From Novakomyces olei (Eukaryota): 64,000 bases of DNA. The notes beneath the pieces were generated by a model. That model saw only the letters and a program-made list of their open reading frames with translations. It was not told where the DNA came from and ran no database searches. Position numbers and translations under genes: made by a program. Below are positions 1 to 10,618 of this stretch, piece after piece (the first letter of the stretch is position 1; each line of letters opens with the position of its first letter). Location: NCBI GenBank assembly GCA_016906335.1, contig JADEYG010000015.1:248001-312000 (forward strand), written 5' to 3'.

Positions 1-192
1 AATTCAAATATTGTTTTACATTATATTTAATTATTATTATCGTCGCATTTAACATTTACTTGAATTTTACTTGTTTTTACACGTATTTTTAATTAATCTC
101 TATTTTATTTCTATTTTATTTCCATTTTATTTCCATTTTATTTCTATTTTATTCCTATTTTATTTCTATTTCGCTTTTGTCCACCCGTATAG

Positions 193-359
193 AATATATG
201 CGCCTCGACAATTCTGCCTTGTGCGATGTCGGCGCAGCGCCTCCAAGCGTCTCTTTATTCCATTGGACAAAACTGACTTTCAGATCAATGAATTGCTACT
301 CTCGTTCGTCGCGTCACTGTGAGCGAGTCAATTTGGCCTCGTCAATTGCAATGCGCTGA
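193..359 (+). other. Possible terminal exon of an upstream gene or a 5' UTR exon of the transporter
   Basis: The AT/pyrimidine-rich stretch 1-192 looks like the long introns elsewhere in the window and ends in TAG. It is followed by GC-balanced sequence with two open frames (stops at 322 and 359). The frame cannot be determined. Confidence 0.25.
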
Positions 360-410
360 ATGATAAATACGAGATTCGAGTGACGTCTTCACTGTAAAGC
401 ATCCATCAGT

Positions 411-2427
411 ATGTGTGGTCCGCTCGAGGTGCTAACACTGGTGGTATTTCTATTGGTAATAAGACTGATTTAAAGAAAAAGATACAAGGTTACCAATAAA
501 CTAAAGGAAATTTGTTTCTTCTTATTTTTGATACTTTTTTTTTATATTTTATATTTTTGAATGACGATTCTAATCTCAAGTCCTCAGCGTTCACTGTAGC
601 CCCTCTGCGATTCAAGGCTCCCGTGCCCATATTTTCTCAGGGCGAATGGACACGGAAAAAAGCGCGCTTACGTATTGACAAGGCGACAGCACCAGTAGCA
701 GCAGTTTTATTATTATGGGCTGCTCAGGCTATCGACGCGCGGACAGTGAGACGGGGACTCGCTGGTACCGATGGAGTCGAGCCATATAGCATAATGCTGC
801 TCTTCCTGTCGCTAGCTTACTTGGCCACGTCTCTGGATATGTCTGGAGCTTTACAGGCTACTGCACTATGGATTTGCGACCGGTACCACACAAGCGATGG
901 GCGAGTAACTTTTACAGCCTTTTATGCAATGGTACTTTTGCTCGCTGCCGTTGTGGGGAATGACGCAGTTATTCTTACAAGCACGGTTTTTCTCATTTAT
1001 TATACGCGTGTGGCCGAAGTTTCTTACTTGAGTTGGCTTTTCTCGGAATTTCTTGCGGGCAATACGGCATCTATGGTGCTTTTCACTGGCAATGTCACTA
1101 ATTTAGTTGTGTGCCAGGCGTTTGATATTAATTACGCTGCTTTTACTGCATATTCTATTGTGCCTTTTATTGCTTGCTCTATCCTTGGGTTTGTTGCGTG
1201 TTTTCTCCAGTTCGCTCAACCGCGATATATCCCCCGGGCGGCTAATCGGCCGGGAATGGATCCAAGAAGCGTTCTGATTGATCCATTAGCGGCCGTTGTG
1301 GGATTTGCCACTATTATTGTGTGCCTGGCAGTGGTGATTGCTTTGTCTTTTAAGGGTAAGATATGGTCTCATGATTGAACACAATAATAAAAATAAATAA
1401 AAAAGAAGAGCACAAAAGAAGAAACTTCAAGTTTTGAATCAATTCAATGACGTAAAATTTGGAAATTTTGATATACAATTTCATCTACAATTGTTCAACA
1501 TATACAAGAACGCGGCTTTGCATCAATGAAAGAATACTTTTGAAATAGAAAACAAAAGAGGAGAAACAGCTTTTATCTGCCAATTCAATACCTTTAGTAC
1601 CACCATAAATCTATTTTCAACGACTAATACCTCAGATGTGCCTGTATATGTGATCAGTGTACCTTTTATGGTCGGAAAAATGCTTTTTGACATATTTCGT
1701 GACGAACAACGTCATCAGCCTCGAGCTACTTCTACAACGAGTACGAGTCAATTCTTCCTGTCCCTTATCGATAGGTACCCGACTTTTATGACTTCCACAA
1801 GGCGGCTTCCCTTTTCGTTGCTTCTTTTCGCATTTTGCCAATTTATTCTGGTCGAGGCTTTAGACAAACGCGGATGGATAGTCATTTTTTCCACTTGGCT
1901 CGCTCGCATTTCGGGCACGTCAACCTCTCTAAATATTATAGTTGCTCTTGTGGGGACAGTGATATTGTGCAATTTTGCTGGTACAAATATAGGCGCCACT
2001 ATTTTATTTGTTCGAATGATCCAGGCAGATCCATGGCAAAATCAGCCTCATGTCACTCGCAACCTTCAGCTCAATGCTGGACTCGCAATCATGGTGGGAA
2101 GTAATATTGGAGCCGTTAATTTAGTAATTCCTGCTAGTCTTGCAGGTGAGCGAAACAATGTATTTAGTTCAATTTAGTTTGATTCTATTTGATTTAATTT
2201 AATTTAATTTAATTTAGTTTAATCTAATTTTTTTGATGAATTCTTTGAAACTAATTATTTGATTGTGTTTAGGTATCCTTTGGCACGATATTCTCATTCA
2301 AAAGCGGGTACACATCTCGGCTCTTGAATTTGCTCGGTGGAATATATTGCCATTGCTGGCAATGACTGGTGTAAGCATTGGCGTGCTTCTTGCAGAAGCC
2401 CGTGTTATTTCACACCTTGCACCATAG
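411..2427 (+). CDS. ArsB/NhaD (ion transporter superfamily) permease, 4 exons
   Basis: Exons 411-455, 581-1355, 1636-2145 and 2273-2427 join in frame via GT..AG introns with CTAAT branch sites. The protein is very hydrophobic and has the family motifs VVGNDAVIL, GNVTNLVV and GTNIGATI/GSNIGA. Confidence 0.8.
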
Positions 2428-4133
2428 TTTTTAGTGCTAGTTTTATGAATAGTATACTGAGCGATTGTCACATGCTTGTAGGGCAGAAATCGTGATCATC
2501 AAACGCTCTTTTTTTATCGATACGCTTGTACCCGCATATGACGTATGAGGATTGTCGGAAAATAACATGTCCAAGCGACAGGAACGCAAGCAGGGTCATA
2601 CGTGGGATAAGATAAACCACTAGATAGCAGAGTGGTTTAAGCCCCTGTCATGCATAAATGTGCACGTGCAATGTACAAACCGAATGCGGTAATTTTATTT
2701 ACTACTTTAGTAAACAGCGTAAGCCAGTGTGTAATTTTTGATTGGTCAGTACGCGTCATGTAAGTACGTATTTAATTCATGTAGCGCGTCAGAGCTTAAT
2801 CCGGACCAAAGCCAGGGGACGGTCTTGAACCAAGGGATGCAATGAGAAGTGAGAAAATTTTTCAATATCCAAATCTCGATCAGTGGAGGAGGGGAGGGAA
2901 GAGAGAAAGAATCGCGTTACAAATTTCGAAATAGCAGATCAATGATCTTTAGCCCTAAAAGTTGGGATCTCGATGTAAGCAAAGCGGAGAAGAATCGTTG
3001 ATGGATGGGAAAGGCGTACAGGGACCCACAAGGGCTCAAGCCTTTTCGAGCGAAAATAGGAACTAAACTTTATAGCCAAGTGGCAAAGGGAGCCATGAAT
3101 TTGAGAAGCGGCTAGCTACCTGGTTTGTATGAGCGGGGGCGGGGGTTTCCAAGTGCTTTCTCGTTACTTCGCCTCAGGGATTTTCAATCATGTGTGTGTG
3201 AGATTTATAATATGATGTCTTTTATAGCGCTACTCCTTTACATTCACTCTTCTATTTACACCGTTCGCTATACAAAATACTTCGCTCTATGTAATGCAAC
3301 TGCAAGTATTTGTTCGCTGTACTAATAGGCTGTGCTTATAATTAATGCCAACCCTCCGTACTCGCCAACCCTAATTATATCGATTACTGCAAAATAAAGC
3401 TTTCTTGCCGAGGGTTTGAGGCATAGGTGAAATTAGTATTGCGGATGCGAACAAGCATTACTGCTACTTTTCATGTATACTATTTTCCTCCAACAAAGTC
3501 AAACTCTGCGGAAAGTTACTGTGTAAGACAACTGGATAAAGAGGTTAAATACACGTATCATTCATGTAATAACAATATACTCAAACTTGTTGATAACCAC
3601 GAATTATTCAAAATGGTACAGTCGGCAGCCGAGCGCGAGCCAGCCTTCAAATATCAAATTGCGAAATTGGTATAGGTACGTATGCAAGTAAGAAAAAAAG
3701 AATAAACGAAAACTATAATTATAAGGTATTAATTAAAATCATTAAACACGATAAGAATAAAATTTATCCCATAACCCTGCTTTCCAACCACTTGATGTTT
3801 GAAGTAAACTAGAATCAATATTGAAAACAAAAACAATCAAATCAGAATAATGGCAAAAACAGGAAAACTACACAAACAAAAAAAACCCCAGATCCAATCC
3901 AAATCCACACTCTCCAAAGTCGCTATTTTTAAACGATGAGCAACCAACCAAAAAGCATGAATTAAAATTAAAATTAAAATAAAATAAAATAAAATAAAAT
4001 AAAAAAAGGCAAGACCATTAACTAAAATTGTCCAATGTTCAATACACAAACTCCACCCACTTTTTCAACAAAAAAGCCATTTGCGATCGCCCCACTCCCC
4101 AAACTGGGCAATTAATTCAGGCAGCAAAAGACA

Positions 4134-6800
4134 TTAAAAGCACTGTAATCGCTGAACCGGAGACCCCGGCACTTGAGGAGGAGCAGTCTGCTGTTCAAGA
4201 GGCAGCACATCGTCGTCGCTCGAGCGCTTCTTCGCCTGCGGCTCGCCAACAGACATGCCGAGTCCGACGCTGTGAATCTCTGAGGGCAGAGGGCAAACGG
4301 CACTGGGCAGCAGCCTTGGCGATCCATCAACACTGCCAAACCGACGAGCAATCGGCCTCGGCTGCTGTCGAGGGCAGTCGGCAGCCTCAACAGTGGCTCT
4401 GCCAGTTTTAAGCTCAAGTGCAAGCGTCTCTGCCTCTGCTTCTGCCTCTAATTCTGCCTCTCCTTCTCTTGTTGAAGGATCAGACGAAGACGAAGAGAAT
4501 AGAGGTCTCATATGCTCATTATTACTGCACGGCTCTGCCTGCAAAAACTGCTGTTGGCCGCCGATTAAAGGCCGATCGCGGCCTCTGAGGCTACTGCCCT
4601 TGCCAGGAACTGGCGGCGGCGTCCTCGGCGGCCGTCCAATCAGAGCAGCCGTCTCCTCTACGGCTCCACGCTGACGGAACCTGTCTCCCGCACCAAACTT
4701 TGACCTTTTTTGGCACCCAAAACTGGGAGCAAACGGCACATTTGGCGGCTGAGTTAGTGGAGGCTCTGCCAGTGGCTCTGCCAAAGGCTCTGCCAAGGGC
4801 TCTTTGGCTTTTGTATCGGCCTCGTGCTTTAACCTTGCAGACTTGCAGTTGGGCGAGACTGGAGTCGCTGGACACTCCATTCGCCGGCGGCCGCGTTTGT
4901 TTGCCTGCCGCCTGTCAAATTGCTGTTGCTGTTGTTTTTGTAATTGTTTTTGTTGTTGTTGCGTCTGTTGCTGTTCTTGTTTCTGTTGTTTTTGTTGTAT
5001 CCGTTCAGTGCTGTTTGTGTCTGGAGAGATAGGCAGAGCTCCAGAACTGCTCAATCCTGCTTCAAGAGCCAAACTCGAGCTGCAGCTCGAGTTTGAAAAG
5101 GACATTCTGTGCCTGTAAGCCATCCCTGGCGTTCCCGGAGTCGGCGGAGCAAACACGTCCGGCCGTGAATGTACAGGCTCTTCTTCCCTGCCGACAGAGA
5201 GCGGCTGTTTATAAACCTGATGGCCAACAAACCCGTGGGCCGTCGGGGCAGTAATGCCTTTTGTACCAGCCGTTGCTGTATCGTAATTGTAATTGTAATT
5301 GAAATTGTCATTGTTGTAATTGCCACTGTTGTAATTGTCATTTTTGTAATTGCCATTGTTGCTGTAATTACGATTACTGCCGTAATTACTGTCGTAATTA
5401 CTATCGTAATTACTACGATTACTGCCGTCGGCAAACCTGTTTTTAGACTCTTGTCTCTGCACAGAAAGAGGCGGTGTATGAGGAAACTGAGCAGCGAGAT
5501 CTGAGCTCTCTCCGCTCAGACTGCTCGCCAAGTTTTGCTCGTGGCGGCCGGCAAAGTCTTTGTCAAACACTATTGCCTCTTCATTCTCGTCATCCGCCAG
5601 CGACTCTGCTATCGATTGAGGGTCAGATTGAGGGTCAGATTGAAGGTCAGATTGAGGGTCAGATTGAGGACGCAGAGGCAGTTGCTTTTGCGGAGGAGAG
5701 GAGAGCCTTGGGCCGTCGGTAAAGCAGTTTTGTGAATACTTTGGGTCCTCACAAAACTGCCGACCAGTCTCGACGTCACCCTCCTCATACTCTGCTCCAC
5801 TGCTGCCGCTAAAAGCCTCACAATCCTGATCGTGAGGCTCAAACGGCCGCTCAAAAGGCCGTTCAAACGGCCGTTCAAGTGTGTCTGGCGAGACGCGGGC
5901 AAAGCTCTGCTCAAATCCAGGCGCAGAGTCGACAAGAGGAGTCGGTGCTACTGTAAAACGAGGGCAGTGCAAGATAGCCCTCCGCAGTTCGGGAATAGAG
6001 ATTCTTTCCGCCGGATTAAGCGTAAAAATGCGCTTCAAGACGGCCTCAAAGTCCCTTGTCAGAGGCAAAATAGAGCTTAAAAAATGCGGGTCACGGAGGT
6101 AAGCCTGAAACGTTTCGTCAGACTGAGGCGAAGCCCGTTTCCACGGATTCCTGCCGCACGTGAGATTGATGAGTACGACTCCCAATGACCATACGTCATT
6201 GGGAGCGGAGGCGTAACAAGGCGCCAGTCTCGGCGCCGGCTGTTGGCACTCTGGCGACATGTAAAACGAGGATCCACAGCCAAAATCAGAGTTGTAAGCG
6301 TCCGTAGTGGCCAATCCAAAATCTGCCAGTTTTACAACCATCCCTATTTCGCAAACGAGAATGTTTTCCGGCTTTAGATCTCGGTGAAAGATGCCGATAG
6401 AGTGGCAAAACTCTACCGCGTCAAGGATCTGGAGAAAGATGTGACGCGCCATTTCGTCATCGCCCACGTACCCTCCGTACTCTGTTATTATCGTGAAAAG
6501 ATCGCCCTCTTGGCAGTACTCGAGGACGCAGTACACGCAGTCTGGCGCGTCGAGGATGGCCAATAGGGAGACGACATTTGGGTGGATCTGCGCTCGCGAG
6601 TGGAGAGCGAGTTCACGCGCCTGGAAACGGCGCTGCCGAGCGTCGAGGTTCGTTTTAGAGAGAGCCTTCACTGCGAACGGTGCTCCTGTGTGTATATCGT
6701 GAGCAGTATACACTACTCCGTACGCTCCCACGCCTAAAATGCCGTCGAGCTCGAGCTGCTCGTCGAGCACGAGCCCGAGACGGGATTCGGGCTCGATCAT
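4134..6800 (-). CDS. Ran1/Pat1-like (Sks1/Vhs1 family) Ser/Thr protein kinase with a long low-complexity C-terminus
   Basis: Kinase motifs LGVGAYGVVY, AVKAL, HRDLKPEN and DFG. The segments FGCGSSFYMSPEC and NLTCGRNPWKRAS are typical of fungal Ran1-family kinases. The ORF is 888 aa and intronless. Confidence 0.88.
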   Translation of the reverse strand: MIEPESRLGLVLDEQLELDGILGVGAYGVVYTAHDIHTGAPFAVKALSKTNLDARQRRFQARELALHSRAQIHPNVVSLLAILDAPDCVYCVLEYCQEGDLFTIITEYGGYVGDDEMARHIFLQILDAVEFCHSIGIFHRDLKPENILVCEIGMVVKLADFGLATTDAYNSDFGCGSSFYMSPECQQPAPRLAPCYASAPNDVWSLGVVLINLTCGRNPWKRASPQSDETFQAYLRDPHFLSSILPLTRDFEAVLKRIFTLNPAERISIPELRRAILHCPRFTVAPTPLVDSAPGFEQSFARVSPDTLERPFERPFERPFEPHDQDCEAFSGSSGAEYEEGDVETGRQFCEDPKYSQNCFTDGPRLSSPPQKQLPLRPQSDPQSDLQSDPQSDPQSIAESLADDENEEAIVFDKDFAGRHEQNLASSLSGESSDLAAQFPHTPPLSVQRQESKNRFADGSNRSNYDSNYDSNYGSNRNYSNNGNYKNDNYNSGNYNNDNFNYNYNYDTATAGTKGITAPTAHGFVGHQVYKQPLSVGREEEPVHSRPDVFAPPTPGTPGMAYRHRMSFSNSSCSSSLALEAGLSSSGALPISPDTNSTERIQQKQQKQEQQQTQQQQKQLQKQQQQQFDRRQANKRGRRRMECPATPVSPNCKSARLKHEADTKAKEPLAEPLAEPLAEPPLTQPPNVPFAPSFGCQKRSKFGAGDRFRQRGAVEETAALIGRPPRTPPPVPGKGSSLRGRDRPLIGGQQQFLQAEPCSNNEHMRPLFSSSSSDPSTREGEAELEAEAEAETLALELKTGRATVEAADCPRQQPRPIARRFGSVDGSPRLLPSAVCPLPSEIHSVGLGMSVGEPQAKKRSSDDDVLPLEQQTAPPQVPGSPVQRLQCF

Positions 6801-8556
6801 TGTTGCGAGCGGCGAGCGCCGATCAGAGGCGTTAAGCCAGAGAGTAGAGAGTTGGAGATTTAGAGATCCAAAGACTCAAAGAGATTCCGAGAGAATGCTG
6901 TTTGATAAAGGATTGATCGGATTGATCGGATTGATCGGTACTGATCAAGAGTAATACAGCCACTTTACTCTTGGCAACAAGGTTAGCAAGGGACGAGGCA
7001 AAAGATATCAGATGCAAAAGATATCAGACGCTGACTGACGGTAGAAGCAGACGACGAGTAGGACCAGCTAGAGTTCCTTGGAGTTCGCTGTATCGAGCGA
7101 GGTTTTTATCTGTCTGTGATAGCGCACAGGTCGGAAGTAGAGGCGCGCGTAAACGAACAAGCACACGTTTCACTATCCCGGCACACGCACAAAAGAGCAA
7201 TGCGGCCCAAAGAGCAATGCGGCCGCGCACGGACGGTAAAGAAAGAGATCAGGTTTACGGCAGAGAGAGGATCAAAGACAGGTCGCAAAACCGCTGACGG
7301 AGAAACCCACCAAACCCAAATTGGCGCCAATGCGAGAGCGAGCGGCCTACAATGAGCACAGTAGTAGTGCGACAGTGAAGTCGGTTTGTACCACGAGGCA
7401 GACGAGAGCAGCGAGACGGAACCGATATCAATGCAGCCGCCCGTGTGACGTACGTAAAAGGCCGTACGAGAAAAATTAGCGTATAATCTGCCTATATTAA
7501 GTGTACACGTCTAGTACCTTGTGCTATTATTAATTTGCCCTTTATTTATTTAATCATATGGCTATCCTTAATTTACATGTACCGATTATATAATACTGCA
7601 TATATTAATTAAAAGCTGCATCCTGGCCTCGCGCCTCCGCCCACCAAACAAAGGATTTGCTGCCGCTTAGTGTACTAGTAGCCAAAACCTGCAGCTGCCC
7701 TCACAGACAGACGGACGGCGGCAGGCGGCGGCACTAACTAATCTCCTATAGTTTTTTTTTCGTCAATTTGCCCATCCGCGCCGGCCCGTACCCGCACAGA
7801 GTTCGTCTATACCGGAAAAAGAGGTCTTGTCCTCAAGCCTAATATTCGATTCTGATCGAATCAAGGGACATCCCTACGATCCAGACGTACTAGTGGCAAG
7901 CGCGCCACGTGAATAAGCTCGTGTTCTTGATCAGCGCTTTATGCCCGTTTCATGTGTCTCAAAACACGCCTCTTTTAATTATTCGACCAGCGTGTTCTGC
8001 ATGCGGAAATACGCCTGCCGTCGCCCTTACACAGTGTATTGCGCGCGCCGGATTCTTGCCGCAAAAGTGTGCTGTTCAAGTAGTGTTTCATGCAAACTTA
8101 TTACTGGTTTATCCCACGCAATCCCATTGTGAGCGTGGGCTATGTTTTGATTTATTATTCCGGTGGTTTACCCGTTCAGGATGTATAGCTGAATTATTTA
8201 TTATGCTCGCATTTTATTTATTTACGGTGCGGCGTGTATTTTGCGTACTTTTGGCATCGCATTAGATAATGAAACACTTGGCCTTCGTCATACCCAAGAC
8301 AATATGGTGGGCAAAACAGTGTGCCATTTGAATATGCACACGGCGCAGCGAGCGTACTTGAAAACCATATATTTATTTGTATGTATATATATATATTTTT
8401 TTTTTTGAGTCTCCTGAAGGGCACTAGTCCAGACGAGCAGCGCGTCAAATTAGTGTGCAGTGTAGATTGAAGCGTTCTCGTTGGCATAATAATTTCCGTG
8501 GGAGGAATAGAAAGGATAGCGCTCTCCCAGATTGGATATTTTGTCAAGTAAACTAA

Positions 8557-8623
8557 CTGGGGGCAGGGCCCTTGTGGGGGACTAGTGGGGGTTGGTGGGG
8601 GACTGGTGGGGGACTGGTGGGGG
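8557..8623 (+). promoter_or_regulatory. Tandem array of six SYGGRG (CreA/Mig1-type) motifs, also a G-quadruplex-prone repeat
   Basis: One CTGGGG followed by five GTGGGGG copies in 10-11 bp units (GTGGGGGACTG), about 90 bp upstream of the SDR ATG. Confidence 0.45.
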
Positions 8624-8715
8624 TCAATAGCGCGAGTATATCGCGGCTAGCGACGCACCTCTGTCCAGTCTTTTTGCCCACAATCTCACGGCATTGCCCA
8701 ACCATTCGTCCAAGC

Positions 8716-9926
8716 ATGTCGGATTTCAAAATCAATTCACTATTCAACATCTCGGGGCTTGTTGCCGTCGTCACCGGCGGCGGTACCGGCATCGGCTTGA
8801 GTATATAGTCTTTGACTAATTTTGTTCTAATGCGCAAAAGTGATTACAAGGGCACTTGTGGATAATGGGGCTACCGTCTACATTATTGGCCGTCGACTAG
8901 AGCGCCTTGAAGCCGCTGCAAGGCAGTACGGGGTAAGAACGGACTCCTAAACAAAGTATTAAAAGGAACAGAATCAATTTGCCATTTATCCCTATCTGAA
9001 GGCCAAGAAAATGACAAAGAAATAGAAATGCCAATAAAAGCAAGTTTGTTCAAATAGCGCTAATTCCAGGAGCGGGTAATTCCGCTAGTGGCGGATGTAA
9101 CAAAAAAGTCCGACTTGGAAAAGGCAGCCAAAGCTGTTGGCAAGGCAAATGGCCATATTGATTTACTGGTAAACAACTCTGGAATAATGGGCCCAAGGCT
9201 GGATCAGGAGGCGCTCGGCGATCAGACCGACCCGGAAAAAGTGTACGATGCTCTGTGGGCGGCCGATGAGGATTCTTGGGACTCTGTTCTCCGTACAAAT
9301 GCGACTTCTGTATATTTTACAAGTGTCGCCTTTTTGAAATTACTCGCAGCCGGCAGCAGACGTGCCGCCTCTCAAGGCTGCCAGCGCTCTTCTCAAATTG
9401 TTACTATTTCTTCCGTGGCCGCGCACATGCGGAGCGTCAAGTCGTCATTGTAAGTTTGAAATTAACCGGTGAATATAAGAATAAAATCAGGAAAAAAGGG
9501 AGAAAGAGACCCACAAAGCAAGCTTTAGCGCATTCGAGCAAATACTAAAAATCAAGCCAATACAACACGAGCAAAGCGGCCGCTCTTAGCATCACGAAAA
9601 TGTTGGGTAACGTTTTCACCGAGCTCAATGTGCGGGCAAATACAATCTGCCCTGGAATATTTCCGTCAGAAATGGTACCGATTCAACTGAGTAAAACGAG
9701 AAATTTCCACAAATTAACCAAAAAATAGACGGGCGACTCTGCAGACGAAAAGGGCCGTTCGCGTTTAGAATTGCCGGAAAATGTTCGTCAAGGAATTCCC
9801 TCGCGCCGAGCAGGCGATGAGCGCGAGTTTGCAGAGCTGCTTCTTATGCTCGCCTCGAACGGGTTCATTAATGGTGCAGATATCCTTATAGATGGCGGTC
9901 GTCTGCATTACTTTCCCAGTACATAG
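8716..9926 (+). CDS. Short-chain dehydrogenase/reductase, 5 exons
   Basis: Exons 8716-8800, 8841-8932, 9070-9449, 9557-9674 and 9729-9926. Motifs VTGGGTGIG, LVNNSG, YNTSK (YxxxK), ICPGIFPSEM and IDGG. Confidence 0.88.
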
Positions 9927-10618
9927 AAGCAAACCTTTTGTCAAGCAAGAGCAGCACGCTTGATTGGGGAACGCAAGAGTTTTAGTTTATTAGAAATGGT
10001 GATAGAAGAATATAGTTATTTTAAGAGCAACGCGTAACTCAAATACTAGCCGGTTTAACAAAACAATATGCTTTATTCAAATAATATATGGGATGGCATT
10101 TGACGTATATTAAATACGTCTGTTTTGTTTTACCTTTTTTTTTCAGCTGCTTCAAATTAATCAGACACTATTGAATCGCTCAATGTTTGGTCATGTTTTA
10201 CAAATTCAGTCTGAGCAATGTTCTCTATACTTTGGTTTGATAATAATTATTGTGAAACTTGATTCTAATCATATTTAAAACCGTTGGCGGCGCGCAAGAA
10301 TATACAACAAGCCAATGTAATGAACAAAGTGCATTAGAGCTGCAGAAAAAGTCCCTCGTATGCGATTTAAAAAAAATGCTTAATAGCAATACAAAAAAAA
10401 AAGTGGGGGCCACGTATGAAACAGGACTGTAGTTTAGACAGAAACAGCCCAACCAGGCATCCATCCGGAAACGGTATAAAGTGAAACACTGGCCACAAGA
10501 GCGGCTATTCTACGAATAGCCGCGGCTCAACAAGAACCAAGCAGCCCTGTTACCGCACAATCCCAGTCCACCATGCCTCAAGCAAACCCGGTGCAATCAA
10601 AATTGCAAGAGATCTAGC

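Noticed and set aside
2614..2638. AAACCACT-N9-AGTGGTTT inverted repeat
   Set aside because: An 8-bp stem is expected by chance in 64 kb, and there is no supporting transposon or terminator context.
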